From: Synechococcus sp. | GTDB lineage: Bacteria; Cyanobacteriota; Cyanobacteriia; PCC-6307; Cyanobiaceae | Direction of reading: 5' to 3' | Length of the DNA: 64,000 nt | Assembly: GCA_047285805.1 (NCBI GenBank) | Contig: JBJBCN010000002.1 | Coordinates: 832,001-896,000 of the forward strand | The notes under the pieces: generated by a model | The model's input: only the letters and a program-made list of their open reading frames with translations | Databases searched by the model: none | What the model was told of the DNA's origin: nothing | Position numbers and translations under genes: made by a program | Shown here: positions 32,541 through 42,918 of the stretch, one piece after another | Layout: each line of letters begins with the position of its first letter | Position numbering within the stretch: the first letter of the stretch is position 1

Positions 32541-32729
32541 ATGGGTCCTGCCCTAGGCGAAGTTATCGATCTCGGCACCGGCTTCGGCGGTGGTCTGAGC
32601 CTGATCTCCGGGCTTGTTAGCCTGGTTGCTCTTGGAGTCTTCGCACTGCTCCAGTCGGACACCGGCAATGACGATGACGACTCCACACCGGGCGGCGGTC
32701 TGATGCAGCCAGTGGGCAGCGCCGCCTGA
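32541..32729 (+). CDS. Small single-TM protein with DDDD...GGGLMQP tail
   Basis: 62 aa; hydrophobic helix then NDDDDSTPGGGLMQPV; AT-rich upstream region. Confidence 0.7.
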   Translation: MGPALGEVIDLGTGFGGGLSLISGLVSLVALGVFALLQSDTGNDDDDSTPGGGLMQPVGSAA

Positions 32730-32793
32730 CTCAATACAGACACGTATTCTTCGGTCTGCGGCGCCAGCCTCAGACCTTATCTATGCATTGGCC

Positions 32794-34146
32794 CTACTGA
32801 ACCGGTGTAGCCAAAGCCGCAGGGACATTGGCACTTGCCGGGTTGTAGGGCCGAGACTTAGTCAGGCTGCTGGCCGCCTTCACCTGCTTGAGCAGCGTTG
32901 ACTCCGCCACGCGGTACTGGCTGTCCTTCTGGGTGCCCAGGTCCTCCAACCGCAGACTTTGGATCTCACGGGCGCTGAGATTGATGCGCACATCTGGATC
33001 AATGCCGTGCTTGTGGATGTCACGGCCGCTGGGGGTTAGGTACTTGGCGATCGTGACGGTCACCCCCGATCCATCGATTAGCCCCCGCACCGATTGCACG
33101 AGGCCCTTACCGAAGGTGGTCTCACCGACGAGGACAGCGCGGTGGTTGTCCTGCAGGGCGCCGGAGAGAATTTCACTGGCGCTGGCTGAGCCCTCATTCA
33201 CCAGCACCACGACGGGGCGCTCGGTCAGAGCACGACCAACAGCCCGCTTGGTGTCTTGAATGCCATCGCGGGTCTTCGTCGAGACGATGACGCCCTCGTT
33301 GAGCCATTGACGCGCAATCGCGATGCTAGCCACCAGCAAACCGCCCGGGTTGCTGCGCAGATCCAGCACATAGCCCTGGACCTGCTGCTTCTCAAGACCC
33401 TTCAACGCCTGCGCCATGTCCTTGGCGGCATTGGCGTTGAACTGCTTCAGGCGGATGTAGCCAATCTTGGTGCCATCGGCACTGGTGTTCACCTGGGTGT
33501 CAACCGCATGCAGCTCAATCCGAGCCCGAACCAAGGGGGTATCAACCAGCTTGCCGTTCCGGCGCAGCTGCAGGGTCACCGTGCTGCCGGGCTTCCCTCG
33601 GATCAGCTTGACCGCATCCTCAGTCGTCATCCCCTTGGTGCTCTTGCCATCGATCGCCGTGATGACGTCCTTCGGCATCACCCCGGCACGAGACGCCGGA
33701 GACCCTTCGATGGGGCTCACAACCGTGAGCTCTTTGGTGTCCTTATCGAGGCTCAGCTGAATCCCGACCCCGGAGAGTTCCCCAGAGGTGTCGATCTGCA
33801 TCTCCTTGAATTCACGCGGATCGAGGAAGCGCGTGTAGGGATCGTCAAGGGTCGCCAACATCCCCCGAATCGCCTCATAGCTCTCCTTGGTGCTGCCGTA
33901 ACTCTTGGAGAGAACCTGGCGACGCAGGTCTTTCCACTTATCAGTGGTGTATTTGCCGTTGGTATCGAGATAGTCCCGGAAGACGATCTGCCAGGTCTGA
34001 TCAATGACTTCCTTGGGGCTGTCGCTCACCAGCGAGGCCGAACCCGGCAGCAGCAGCGGCGGTAGGGAGATGGCTCCAACCGCACCGGCGCCGGCGAGAA
34101 CAATCAAGGCACGATGACGGGAGCGGCTGCCGCGAGGCTGAGTCAT
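32794..34146 (-). CDS. ctpA: Carboxyl-terminal processing protease (S41)
   Basis: LDDPYTRF, PDZ domain, LDLRSNPGG, SASASEI, TFGKG, AKYLTPSG. Confidence 0.93.
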   Translation of the reverse strand: MTQPRGSRSRHRALIVLAGAGAVGAISLPPLLLPGSASLVSDSPKEVIDQTWQIVFRDYLDTNGKYTTDKWKDLRRQVLSKSYGSTKESYEAIRGMLATLDDPYTRFLDPREFKEMQIDTSGELSGVGIQLSLDKDTKELTVVSPIEGSPASRAGVMPKDVITAIDGKSTKGMTTEDAVKLIRGKPGSTVTLQLRRNGKLVDTPLVRARIELHAVDTQVNTSADGTKIGYIRLKQFNANAAKDMAQALKGLEKQQVQGYVLDLRSNPGGLLVASIAIARQWLNEGVIVSTKTRDGIQDTKRAVGRALTERPVVVLVNEGSASASEILSGALQDNHRAVLVGETTFGKGLVQSVRGLIDGSGVTVTIAKYLTPSGRDIHKHGIDPDVRINLSAREIQSLRLEDLGTQKDSQYRVAESTLLKQVKAASSLTKSRPYNPASANVPAALATPVQ

Positions 34147-34247
34147 CAAGGCGCTCCTGACACCGGGAGATTGCTTCAACGTAGCTACAGTTCTCCGACC
34201 TAAGTTGACCTGAAAACCGGAGAAATCTGAGGGTTAACCGATGGCCC

Positions 34248-35471
34248 TCAGGGATCCACCCAACGGCCGTCTTCCTTGATCAAGGCAATCAAGGCCTCCA
34301 CGCCTTCGGCCTCGGGAACACGACGGATCTCGTCGCGGCCGCGATAAAGAGAAATCACGCCGGGGGTTTTGCCGACGTAGCCGTAGTCCGCATCGGCCAT
34401 CTCGCCGGGGCCATTGACGATGCAACCCATCACCGCTATGTCCAGACCGGTGAGGTGAGAGGTGGCGTTGCGCACCTTGTTGAGCACGTCCTCCAAGTTG
34501 AACAGGGTGCGGCCACAGCTGGGGCAGCTGACGTACTCGACCATGGTCTTGCGCAGACCCAGGGACTGCAGGATCGAGTAGCAGACAGGAATTTCCTTCT
34601 CTGGAGCCTCGGTAAGTGACACCCGAATCGTGTCGCCAAGGCCATCGGCCAAAAGGGTGGCAATACCCGCGGTACTCTTGATGCGGCCGTAGTCCCCATC
34701 GCCCGCCTCAGTCACACCCAGGTGCAGGGGGTAGTTGAAGCCCTCGGCGTCCATTCGGTCCGCCATCATCCGGTAGGCCGCCAGCATGACTGGAGCCCGC
34801 GACGCCTTCATCGACACAACGATGTTGTGGAAGTCGAGGCGATCGCAGATCCGGATGAACTCCAGGGCGCTCTCCACCATCCCGAGGGGGGTGTCGCCGT
34901 AGGTGAACAGCATCCGCTCCGCTAAGGAGCCATGGTTCACGCCAATGCGCAGCGCCTTGTCCTGTTCCTTCAGCAGGCTGACCAACGGTTCGAAGGTCTC
35001 GGTGATGCGCTCACCGACCTGTGCGATCTCCTCGGGGGTGAATTCGGTTCGATTCGGATCGGGCTTATCGAAGACGAAGAGCCCCGGGTTGATGCGGACC
35101 TTGTCGACATGATTCGCCACTTCCAGGGCGATCTTCATCCCGTTGTGGTGGACATCCGCCACCAGGGGCACGGGCTGGTAGGTGTCTTCCAGGCGTTTGC
35201 GGATCTCGCCCATCGCCTTGGCGTGGGCCAAGGACGGGACCGTGACGCGCACAATTTCACAGCCGGCTTTGTGTAGGCGGCGAATCCCTGCGGTGGCCCC
35301 CTCGATATCGAGGGTGTCCTCATTAATCATCGACTGAACCAACACGGGGTGATCGCTGCCGATCCAGAGGTCGCCGACGCGAACACTGCGGGTATGGCGA
35401 CGGCGAATGACCGTGTCGTAACGGGAGGACAGCTGCCCCGCCTCGGGCGTTGCGGTTAAGGAGGCTGTCAT
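34248..35471 (-). CDS. ispG: HMBPP synthase
   Basis: [48 protein letters not shown]. Confidence 0.98.
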   Translation of the reverse strand: MTASLTATPEAGQLSSRYDTVIRRRHTRSVRVGDLWIGSDHPVLVQSMINEDTLDIEGATAGIRRLHKAGCEIVRVTVPSLAHAKAMGEIRKRLEDTYQPVPLVADVHHNGMKIALEVANHVDKVRINPGLFVFDKPDPNRTEFTPEEIAQVGERITETFEPLVSLLKEQDKALRIGVNHGSLAERMLFTYGDTPLGMVESALEFIRICDRLDFHNIVVSMKASRAPVMLAAYRMMADRMDAEGFNYPLHLGVTEAGDGDYGRIKSTAGIATLLADGLGDTIRVSLTEAPEKEIPVCYSILQSLGLRKTMVEYVSCPSCGRTLFNLEDVLNKVRNATSHLTGLDIAVMGCIVNGPGEMADADYGYVGKTPGVISLYRGRDEIRRVPEAEGVEALIALIKEDGRWVDP

Positions 35472-35508
35472 GGCAGCAGGGTTGGGCAGGCCGATTGGGG
35501 CAAGCCTG

Positions 35509-36108
35509 TCACAACGGAGCGTCCAATTGGGCCAAGCGGCGCTGCACATCCTGAAGGTCCTGCCAGGTGAGCCACTTGGGTGCCCCCCTCTCCTTGGAGG
35601 GATTGCGCAGGAGATAGGAGGGATGGAAGACCGGCATCAACCAGCGGCCCTCCCACTGGCGCCACTGGCCGCGGATCTTGGTCATCCCACCTTTGATTCC
35701 CAGCAACCCTTCCACGGCCGTCGCCCCCGCCAAGAGGATCACCGCCGGATCCACCAGGGCAATCTGGCGATCCAACCAGGGCTTGCAGGACGCCATCTCC
35801 AAGGCCATGGGCTTTCGGTTCTCCGGCGGACGGCATTTGACGATGTTGCAGACATAGGCATCGCGGTTGCTGTCGATGCCGACGCTCTCGAGCATCCGAT
35901 CCAGCAGCTGCCCCGAGCGCCCCACAAAGGGCTGTCCCTGCTTGTCCTCCTGGGCACCGGGCCCCTCGCCGATCACCATCAGACGGGCCTTGGGGTTGCC
36001 GCGGCTCACCACCACTTGACTGCGGCTGCTGCCCAACTTGCAGAGGCGGCAGGCATCGCAACTCTCCGCCAAGGAAGCCAGATCCTGTTCAAGGGAGGTG
36101 GCCGTCAT
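35509..36108 (-). CDS. Uracil-DNA glycosylase, family 4
   Basis: [38 protein letters not shown]. Confidence 0.95.
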   Translation of the reverse strand: MTATSLEQDLASLAESCDACRLCKLGSSRSQVVVSRGNPKARLMVIGEGPGAQEDKQGQPFVGRSGQLLDRMLESVGIDSNRDAYVCNIVKCRPPENRKPMALEMASCKPWLDRQIALVDPAVILLAGATAVEGLLGIKGGMTKIRGQWRQWEGRWLMPVFHPSYLLRNPSKERGAPKWLTWQDLQDVQRRLAQLDAPL

Positions 36109-36118
36109 CGCCCTGCAA

Positions 36119-36508
36119 TCACTCGCGCGCCTCTCTAGCAATCAGCAGCAGCGCATTGCCTTCGGGATCGTTCAGCCAGGCCTCCCAACCAAAGGACTCC
36201 TGGCGCGAAGGCTCCAGCAGCTGGCCGCCGTGCTCCTGGGCCCTAGTGATCGCGGCCCCCAGTCCCGTCTCACCGCCACTGAGCTCGAGAGCCAAGGCAA
36301 GACGTCCCCGCTGCCTGGGTAGGGCCCGAGAGCGACTGGGGGCATAGACATCAAGCCAGATGGATCCCGGCAAGGGCACCCTCCAGTGGGACGCGCTCAA
36401 ACCCGGCTCCGCGGCGGCACCACAGACGTGGCCGTAGAAGCGGGCCAAGCCCGCGGGTTCGTCGGCCGCCAACACCAGGCCAACGAACGGTGATGGTGCA
36501 GCTGACAT
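36119..36508 (-). CDS. VOC/glyoxalase-family protein
   Basis: LARFY...FGWEAWLNDPEGN. Confidence 0.85.
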   Translation of the reverse strand: MSAAPSPFVGLVLAADEPAGLARFYGHVCGAAAEPGLSASHWRVPLPGSIWLDVYAPSRSRALPRQRGRLALALELSGGETGLGAAITRAQEHGGQLLEPSRQESFGWEAWLNDPEGNALLLIAREARE

Positions 36509-36590
36509 CGAAATGGGGCCCGGCATGCGGCAGGATGCACAACAACACCGGTAAGCCGCAAGGCGTTACCCCCCTGACGTCGCTGCTCGA

Positions 36591-37769
36591 ATGCCGCGCC
36601 CGTTGAAACTCTCCGCCCGGGCCCAAGCGCTGCAGCCCTCGTTGACGCTGGCGATCGCGGCCCGCGCCAAGGCCCTGAAGGCTGACGGACGGGACATCTG
36701 CAGTCTGAGCGCCGGCGAACCAGATTTCGATACTCCAGCCTTCATCCGCCAAGCCGCGGCCCAAGCACTCGAGAGAGGTCTGACCCGCTACGGCCCCGCC
36801 GCCGGCGAACCGGCCCTGCGGGAGGCCATCGCCCAAAAACTGACCCATGAGAACAAAGTCCCCACAAGCGCCGACCAGGTCCTGGTTACCAACGGTGGCA
36901 AGCAGGCGCTCTACAACCTCTTTCAGGTCTTGCTGGAGCCGGGCGATGAGCTACTGCTCCCTGCTCCCTACTGGCTGAGCTATCCGGAGATGGCCCGTCT
37001 GGCTGGGGCCTCGGTTCGCCTGATCCCGAGCTCCGCCGCCGAAGGCTTCCGGTTGGATCCCGAGCGACTGGAAGCGGCGATCATCCCGGCGAGCAAGCTG
37101 CTGGTCCTCAACAGTCCCGGCAACCCCACCGGCACAGTTCTCAGCCGCAGCGACCTGGAAGCGATTGCCGAGGTACTCCGCCGCCATCCCCAGGTGGCCG
37201 TGGTCTGCGACGAGATCTACGAGTTCCTACTGGCCCCGGGCCACAGCCACCAAAGCTTCGCGGCCATTGCCCCCGACTTGGCCGATCGCGTCTTCACGGT
37301 GAATGGCTTCGCCAAGGGCTGGGCGATGACGGGCTGGCGAATCGGTTGGTTAGCCGGCAACAGCGCAGCCCTCAAGGCCGCGAGTGCCCTGCAAAGCCAA
37401 AGCACCAGCAATGTCTGCACCTTCGCCCAATACGGGGCCCTAGCGGCGATGACCGGCTCCCGCGATTGCGTGCAGACCATGGCCGCCCAATTCACCCATC
37501 GGCGTCAGCTGCTCAGCGATGGCCTCCAGGCAATCAACGGCGTCCAACTCTTGCCCCCCCAAGGAGCCTTCTACGCCTTCCCAAACATCAGCAGCAGCGG
37601 CCTGGACTCGATGGTGTTCTGCGAGCGCTTGCTCGAAGAGCAGGGTTTGGCGGTGGTGCCCGGTGGCGCCTTCGGCGACAACGACTGCATTCGACTCTCC
37701 TGCGCCGCCTCCGATGCCACGATCCAGGACGGCCTGGCCCGGCTGCGGCGCTTCATCGAAAGCTTCTAA
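36591..37769 (+). CDS. aspC: Class I/II PLP aminotransferase (aspartate aminotransferase-like)
   Basis: AGEPDF, NSPGNPTG, DEIY, FAKGWAMTGWRIG. Confidence 0.9.
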   Translation: MPRPLKLSARAQALQPSLTLAIAARAKALKADGRDICSLSAGEPDFDTPAFIRQAAAQALERGLTRYGPAAGEPALREAIAQKLTHENKVPTSADQVLVTNGGKQALYNLFQVLLEPGDELLLPAPYWLSYPEMARLAGASVRLIPSSAAEGFRLDPERLEAAIIPASKLLVLNSPGNPTGTVLSRSDLEAIAEVLRRHPQVAVVCDEIYEFLLAPGHSHQSFAAIAPDLADRVFTVNGFAKGWAMTGWRIGWLAGNSAALKAASALQSQSTSNVCTFAQYGALAAMTGSRDCVQTMAAQFTHRRQLLSDGLQAINGVQLLPPQGAFYAFPNISSSGLDSMVFCERLLEEQGLAVVPGGAFGDNDCIRLSCAASDATIQDGLARLRRFIESF

Positions 37770-37802
37770 GGCCAAAATTGTGAATCGGCCTGTAATCCGT
37801 AC

Positions 37803-38756
37803 ATGACCATCCGCTTCACCGGCCGAGAACCTTGGACCTTCGTGGCCTTGGGCGCCTCGCTTCTGCTGCCGGCGGTAGCCACCCCTCTGCCCTTGATAAG
37901 CAGTGTCCTCACCCCCGCAGCCGTTGCACAGACGAACAAACAAATGCTGCGGATCGGTGCCATTCCCGATCAGAAGCCAGAGAAGCTGAACCGGCTCTAC
38001 GGATTGGTCGCCAATGAACTCAGCAAGCAGCTTGGTGTTCCCGTCAAATATGTCCCCGTCACGAACTACGCCGCGGCGGTCAGTGCCTTCCGCACCGGCA
38101 ATTTGGATCTGGTCTGGTTTGGCGGCCTGACAGGCGTCCAGGCCAGGCTGCAGAAACCCGGCTCCCAGGTAATCGCCCAACGCGACATCGACGCCAAGTT
38201 CCAATCGGTCTTCATCGCGAATAGCAAGAGCCAGCTGAAACCGATCAGCAGCATCAAAGGCCTGAAGGAGCTAGAGAGCAAGCGCGTCACCTTCGGTTCC
38301 CAGAGTTCCACCTCAGGGCGCCTGATGCCCCAGTACTTCCTGATGCAGGCCGGGGTGAAACCCAGCCAGTTCGCCGGTGGAGCGCCTGGCTTCAGCGGCA
38401 GCCATGACGCCACCGTGGCCCTGGTGCAGAGCGGCGCCTATGACGCCGGTGCCCTGAACAAACAGGTCTGGGAAGCCAACCTGGCCAGCGGCAAAGCCAA
38501 CAAGGCCAAGGTGTACGCGCTCTGGACAACCCCCGGGTACCCCGACTACCACTGGATCGCCCAGTCCGACCTGAACCAGCGCTTTGGAGCCGGCTTCACG
38601 GACAAGCTGCGTCAGGCGATCTTGAGCTGGCGCAACAGCAACCCTGAGCAGAAGGCGATCCTGGAGCTCTTCGGGGCCCAGCGCTTCATCGGGGCGCAGG
38701 CCAGGGATTACGCCAAGATCGAGCAGGTGGGCCGGCAAATCGGCAAGATCCGCTAA
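37803..38756 (+). CDS. PhnD-like oxyanion ABC substrate-binding protein (often annotated putative selenate-binding)
   Basis: Signal peptide; GAIPDQ, WFGGLTGVQAR, SSTSG, SGSHDAT, DYHW. Confidence 0.88.
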   Translation: MTIRFTGREPWTFVALGASLLLPAVATPLPLISSVLTPAAVAQTNKQMLRIGAIPDQKPEKLNRLYGLVANELSKQLGVPVKYVPVTNYAAAVSAFRTGNLDLVWFGGLTGVQARLQKPGSQVIAQRDIDAKFQSVFIANSKSQLKPISSIKGLKELESKRVTFGSQSSTSGRLMPQYFLMQAGVKPSQFAGGAPGFSGSHDATVALVQSGAYDAGALNKQVWEANLASGKANKAKVYALWTTPGYPDYHWIAQSDLNQRFGAGFTDKLRQAILSWRNSNPEQKAILELFGAQRFIGAQARDYAKIEQVGRQIGKIR

Positions 38757-38769
38757 TTCCAGGAGCAGA

Positions 38770-39033
38770 ATGCGGGGGTTCGGCGTAATCCCCTCGTTGT
38801 CCACGACCCTGCTTACTGACCTGCTGCTGCTGGTAGCTGGCCTGCTGCTTTGGCAGCGGAGCTGCAGCGATGGGGATGAGGTATGGGTGCTGTTTCTCCG
38901 CTCGATTGCCGCCATCGACCTGGCGGTGATCCTCTTAAGCAATGGGGTCCTCTGGCTGGAGATCCCCTTGCTCGTTTTGGTCTTTGGCCTGCCGTCGGTA
39001 GCCAAATTGGAAAAACGGGAGGGTCGCGGATGA
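38770..39033 (+). CDS. Small hypothetical membrane protein
   Basis: 87 aa with about 3 hydrophobic segments, inside the ABC operon. Confidence 0.55.
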   Translation: MRGFGVIPSLSTTLLTDLLLLVAGLLLWQRSCSDGDEVWVLFLRSIAAIDLAVILLSNGVLWLEIPLLVLVFGLPSVAKLEKREGRG

Positions 39034-39116
39034 ACCCGCGCGGCCCCGACGTCATTGAACTCACCCTGGTAGGCCTGATCCTGGCCCTGATGGTGTTCCG
39101 CTTTACCCAGACCTAA
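39030..39116 (+). CDS. Putative 28-aa membrane microprotein
   Basis: ATGA overlap with the previous stop; MNPRGPDVIELTLVGLILALMVFRFTQT*. Confidence 0.4.
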   Translation: MNPRGPDVIELTLVGLILALMVFRFTQT

Positions 39117-39123
39117 CGGCCCC

Positions 39124-39873
39124 ATGCCTGCACCCGTCCTGGAGTTGAGGGGTGTCCGCGTCAACGGGCGCCAGCAGCCCAGGCTCGATCGGATTGACCT
39201 AAGCGTTCAGCCCGGGGAGCGGATTGCCCTGTTGGGTCCAAGCGGTGCGGGTAAGAGCACACTTCTCGCGGTCGCCAACGGGCTCCAGCCGATTGATCAA
39301 GGGCAGGTGCTCTGGTCCAGTGAGCCCATCGCCAAGCGCGCCGGGCTTAGACGGCGGCAACAGCGGCAGATTGGAACGCTCTGGCAGGACCTGCGCCTGA
39401 TCAACGAACTCAGCGTGCAACAGAACCTCAACTGCGGCCGACTCGCGCAATGGGGCTGGCCCCGGGCACTCCTGAACCTGCTCCTGCCCCTGGAGACCGA
39501 GGCCTGCAGCGCATCGCTGCGGCAACTCGATCTGGATCCAAGCCTGCTGAACCAGTCGGTGGCGGACCTCTCCGGCGGCCAACGGCAACGGGTCGCCATC
39601 GCACGGCTGCTGCGGCAGGACCCCGTGCTCTGGCTCGCCGATGAACCCCTCTCCAGCCTGGATCCACGGCTGGCCAGGGAGTTGCTGGCGCTCCTTCTGC
39701 TGCAGACCGAGGCACCGAGGGCACTGGTGATGAGCCTGCACCGACCCGATCTGTTGGCGGGCTTCAGCCGCGTGATGGGTCTGCGGGAGGGGCGGATTCT
39801 CTTTGATGTCCCCGCCAGCGCCCTCGAAGACGAGGCCCTGCAGTGCCTCTACGCCGGTACGCCTGCCCCTTGA
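39124..39873 (+). CDS. PhnC-like ABC ATP-binding protein
   Basis: GPSGAGKS, LSGGQRQRVAIAR, LADEP. Confidence 0.92.
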   Translation: MPAPVLELRGVRVNGRQQPRLDRIDLSVQPGERIALLGPSGAGKSTLLAVANGLQPIDQGQVLWSSEPIAKRAGLRRRQQRQIGTLWQDLRLINELSVQQNLNCGRLAQWGWPRALLNLLLPLETEACSASLRQLDLDPSLLNQSVADLSGGQRQRVAIARLLRQDPVLWLADEPLSSLDPRLARELLALLLLQTEAPRALVMSLHRPDLLAGFSRVMGLREGRILFDVPASALEDEALQCLYAGTPAP

Positions 39874-41405
39874 AAGTCTCGGCGCCGCTAAAGGTTCTGG
39901 TCCCGGCCGCGGTGATCCTGCCCATGGCTCTCGTGCTGCCGGGTCTCTGCCATGGCGGGGGGTGGGAGCTGATCGGGGCCTTCGCGACGGCGGCCATGCA
40001 GCCCTCCCTCGATCCGGTCGTCCTCGAATCCCTCTTCAGGGGGCTGGGGGTGACGGTCGGGGTAGCCCTAGTGGGCTGGGCCCTGAGCCTGCTACTGGGC
40101 CTAGTGTTGGGAATGGCGAGCTCGCGCCTGGTCTGGACGACGCTCCTCGGAGGAGCTTGGCCCGCGGAGTTGTTGCGCCGACTGCTGGCCCTGCCCCGCT
40201 CGATCCATGAACTGATTTGGGGCCTGCTGCTGCTGCAGGTTCTCGGACTGCAGCCAGCGGTGGCCGTGCTGGCGATCGTGATCCCCTATGCAGCCTTGGT
40301 GGCCCGGGTGATCAGCGATCAACTCGACGCCTTGCCGAATCAACCTCTGCAGGCCCTACTCAGCGCGGGCAGCAACGGCCCGGCGGCATTGATCAGTGCG
40401 ATCGCTCCTCCGCTGCTGCCGAGTGCGATCAGCTATGGCGGCTACAGGCTGGAGTGCGCCCTTCGCAGCGCGACCCTGCTGGGGGTCTTTGGCCTGGGGG
40501 GCCTGGGCAATGAACTGCTGCTGACACTCCAGTCCTTGGAGTTTCGCGAGCTATGGAGTGGCCTCTGGCTCCTGCTAGCGGTGATGTTCGGCCTGGAGAG
40601 CCTGATTCGCGCCCTGCGACAACGCTGGGGTGTGCACAACCGCTTTAGCCGCAGCCAGGCGGGGGTTGGGCGCCGGGGCCAAGAGCTCCTGCTGCTCATT
40701 CTGGCCCTGGTGCCCCTCTTGATCGCCATCGCCCGCAGGCTGGGCATCGATCCCGCAGCCCTGCTCCAGTGGCAAGTGCTGCCGCCCATGGACCTGAGCC
40801 ACTGGCGGGAGGCCTTGACCCTGCCCTGGGCACACATGATCAGCAACACCCTGGGCCTGACCCTGCTGGCGGCCTGCCTGGCGGTGGGGGGCGCGCCACT
40901 GCTGCTCCTGCTGGTGGCCCCCTGGCGGCTGGGGCAGCTCGTGCTGAGGATGCTCTGGGCGCTGGGCCGGCTATGGCCACCGCCGCTCACGGCGCTCTTG
41001 CTCCTCTTTGTCTTCAAGCCCGGGATCTGGACGGCCGCGCTGGCCTTGGGCTTCCACAACCTGGGAATCCTGGGTCGGCTGTTGCTGGAGGGGGCGGAGT
41101 CCTGCAGCGACGCTCCGGAGGCATCACTGCGCGGCCAAGGCGTGGGGCCACGGGTCGCGATGCTCTACGGACGCTTCAGCGGCCTTGCCCACTCCTACCT
41201 GGCCTACGGGGCCTACCGCAGCGATGTGATCCTGCGGGAGACCGTCGTGGTCGGCCTGATGGCGGGGACTGGCCTGGGATCACAACTGCAGGAAAGCCTG
41301 AGTTCCTTTGCCTGGGATCAGATCGCCCTGTTGATGGTGGTCTATGCGGTCCTGACCCTAGTGGGTGAAGATCTGAGCGACCGCGCCCGGCGGCGCCTGC
41401 TTTAA
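39870..41405 (+). CDS. PhnE-like ABC permease (two fused domains)
   Basis: PRSIHELIWG, YRLECALRSATLLG, YRSDVILRETVVVG...GLG. Confidence 0.9.
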   Translation: MKVSAPLKVLVPAAVILPMALVLPGLCHGGGWELIGAFATAAMQPSLDPVVLESLFRGLGVTVGVALVGWALSLLLGLVLGMASSRLVWTTLLGGAWPAELLRRLLALPRSIHELIWGLLLLQVLGLQPAVAVLAIVIPYAALVARVISDQLDALPNQPLQALLSAGSNGPAALISAIAPPLLPSAISYGGYRLECALRSATLLGVFGLGGLGNELLLTLQSLEFRELWSGLWLLLAVMFGLESLIRALRQRWGVHNRFSRSQAGVGRRGQELLLLILALVPLLIAIARRLGIDPAALLQWQVLPPMDLSHWREALTLPWAHMISNTLGLTLLAACLAVGGAPLLLLLVAPWRLGQLVLRMLWALGRLWPPPLTALLLLFVFKPGIWTAALALGFHNLGILGRLLLEGAESCSDAPEASLRGQGVGPRVAMLYGRFSGLAHSYLAYGAYRSDVILRETVVVGLMAGTGLGSQLQESLSSFAWDQIALLMVVYAVLTLVGEDLSDRARRRLL

Positions 41406-41411
41406 CCCTCC

Positions 41412-42089
41412 ATGGTCTTGGCCATTCCCCGTAAGTTGATCGTGCTCGGGGACAGCGGTGTATACGGCTGGGGGGATCCCGAAGAAGGGGGATGGTGCGA
41501 GCGGCTGCGGCGCGACTGGATGGGCCTGCCAGGGGGACCGGTGCTCTACCCCCTAGGCGTCCGCGGAGATGGACTGGAGCGTGTGGCAGCGCGCTGGGCC
41601 AGTGAATTCGCCAGCCGTGGGGAACTGCGGCGGCAGCAGCCCCAAGGAATCCTTCTCTCGGTCGGCTTAAACGACACCGCCCGGGTGGGGCGCCAGGACG
41701 GTCGCCCTCAACTGGACCCCGAAGCCTTTCTCTTCGGCCTGCAGCAGCTGCTCAAGCAACTGCAAACGGCAGCGCCGCTTCTGGTGCTGGGGCTGACCCC
41801 GGTGGATGAGCACATGATGCCCTATGCCGATGTGCTCTGGTACGGGAACGAGCAGATCCGTAAGTACGAGGGGCTGTTAGAGGAGGCCTGTATGGAGGCC
41901 GACGTTCCATTCCTGCCGCTGTTGGACAACTTGATGGCGGATCCGGACTGGCTGCAATGGCTCTCCCCCGATGGGATCCACCTGAACAGCGAAGGACACC
42001 GTCAGATCTACGAACGGTTGCACCGCTGGGGCCCGCTGTTGGGCTGGGCGAACCTTCAGCCCAACAGCGCCGGGACCCCCCTCTACTGA
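41412..42089 (+). CDS. GDSL/SGNH hydrolase
   Basis: LGDSGVYG, VGLND, DGIHLN. Confidence 0.92.
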   Translation: MVLAIPRKLIVLGDSGVYGWGDPEEGGWCERLRRDWMGLPGGPVLYPLGVRGDGLERVAARWASEFASRGELRRQQPQGILLSVGLNDTARVGRQDGRPQLDPEAFLFGLQQLLKQLQTAAPLLVLGLTPVDEHMMPYADVLWYGNEQIRKYEGLLEEACMEADVPFLPLLDNLMADPDWLQWLSPDGIHLNSEGHRQIYERLHRWGPLLGWANLQPNSAGTPLY

Positions 42090-42167
42090 GGGAAATCAGA
42101 CCCCCTCAAGAGTGAGCCAGCCAGCGGCCCAAGCAGTTGAGAGTGAGGACAGAGCAATGGATCCACC

Positions 42168-42918
42168 ATGGCCGTCCAAGACCAACAGCAGTGGCTCTTG
42201 AGCCGGTATCTCAAGCACCCCAACCCCGAACACCGCAACGCCGTCGTGGCCGCCAACCTGCCCCTGGTCTGGAAGGTGACCCGGCGGGAAAGCGAACGCA
42301 GTCGCCACAGCTTTGAAGACCTGGTGCAAGAGGGCGTCAGGGGTCTGATCAAGGCCATCGAGCGCTTGAATCCCAGCGTGGGCAACGCCTTGAGCACAGC
42401 CGCGGTGCCCTGAATTCGCGGGGCCATGCGCCACTATCTCCAGGACCGCTGCCGCGTCTGCGGTGAAGCCAGCAGCGTGATCGAACTGCTGCAACGGGGA
42501 GCGGCCTTGCAACGCCGCTGAGAACTCCAGGGACTGGAGCTCTTAGATGCCAGGGGTACAGCCAAGGTCCTGGGCTGCTCGCTGCAGCGCTGGCAAGAGG
42601 CCGAGGCCCTGAAGGCCTGTTTACGGATCACAAGCCTGGATCAACCCGGAGCTGGCCAAGACCTATAAACACCGCTGGTGGAGCAGCTCAGCGACCAGCA
42701 GGCGCCCGATTCCTACGACTGGCTAGAGCGCTGTGAACTGCGCCGCCGACTCTGGAGGGGGCTGAAACCTTGAGTGCCCGCCAACGCAGGTGTTGCTGGC
42801 CCGGGTGCTGCAGCAACGCAGCTGGCAGGAGCTCGGGGGCAGGGCAGGACTCAGTGCCCGGGCCGCCGAACGGCACTACCAGCAGGCCTTCGCCAAGGTG
42901 CGCCAGCAGCTCGCCTAG
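42168..42918 (+). pseudogene. Group-3 (SigF/SigB-like) sigma factor pseudogene
   Basis: NLPLVWKV...FEDLVQEG..GLIKAIER...AVP*IRGAMRHYLQD; stops at 42411, 42519, 42666 and frameshifts near 42770-42790; region-4 HTH remnant ends at 42918. Confidence 0.88.

Noticed and set aside
37792..37804. TGTA-ATCCG-TACA before the PhnD-like gene as an NtcA box
   Set aside because: Spacer is 5 nt rather than 8 nt.
42411..42521. Two in-frame TGA codons in the sigma gene as possible selenocysteine or readthrough
   Set aside because: A TAA and frameshifts follow, and the codons fit TGG>TGA and CGA>TGA decay.
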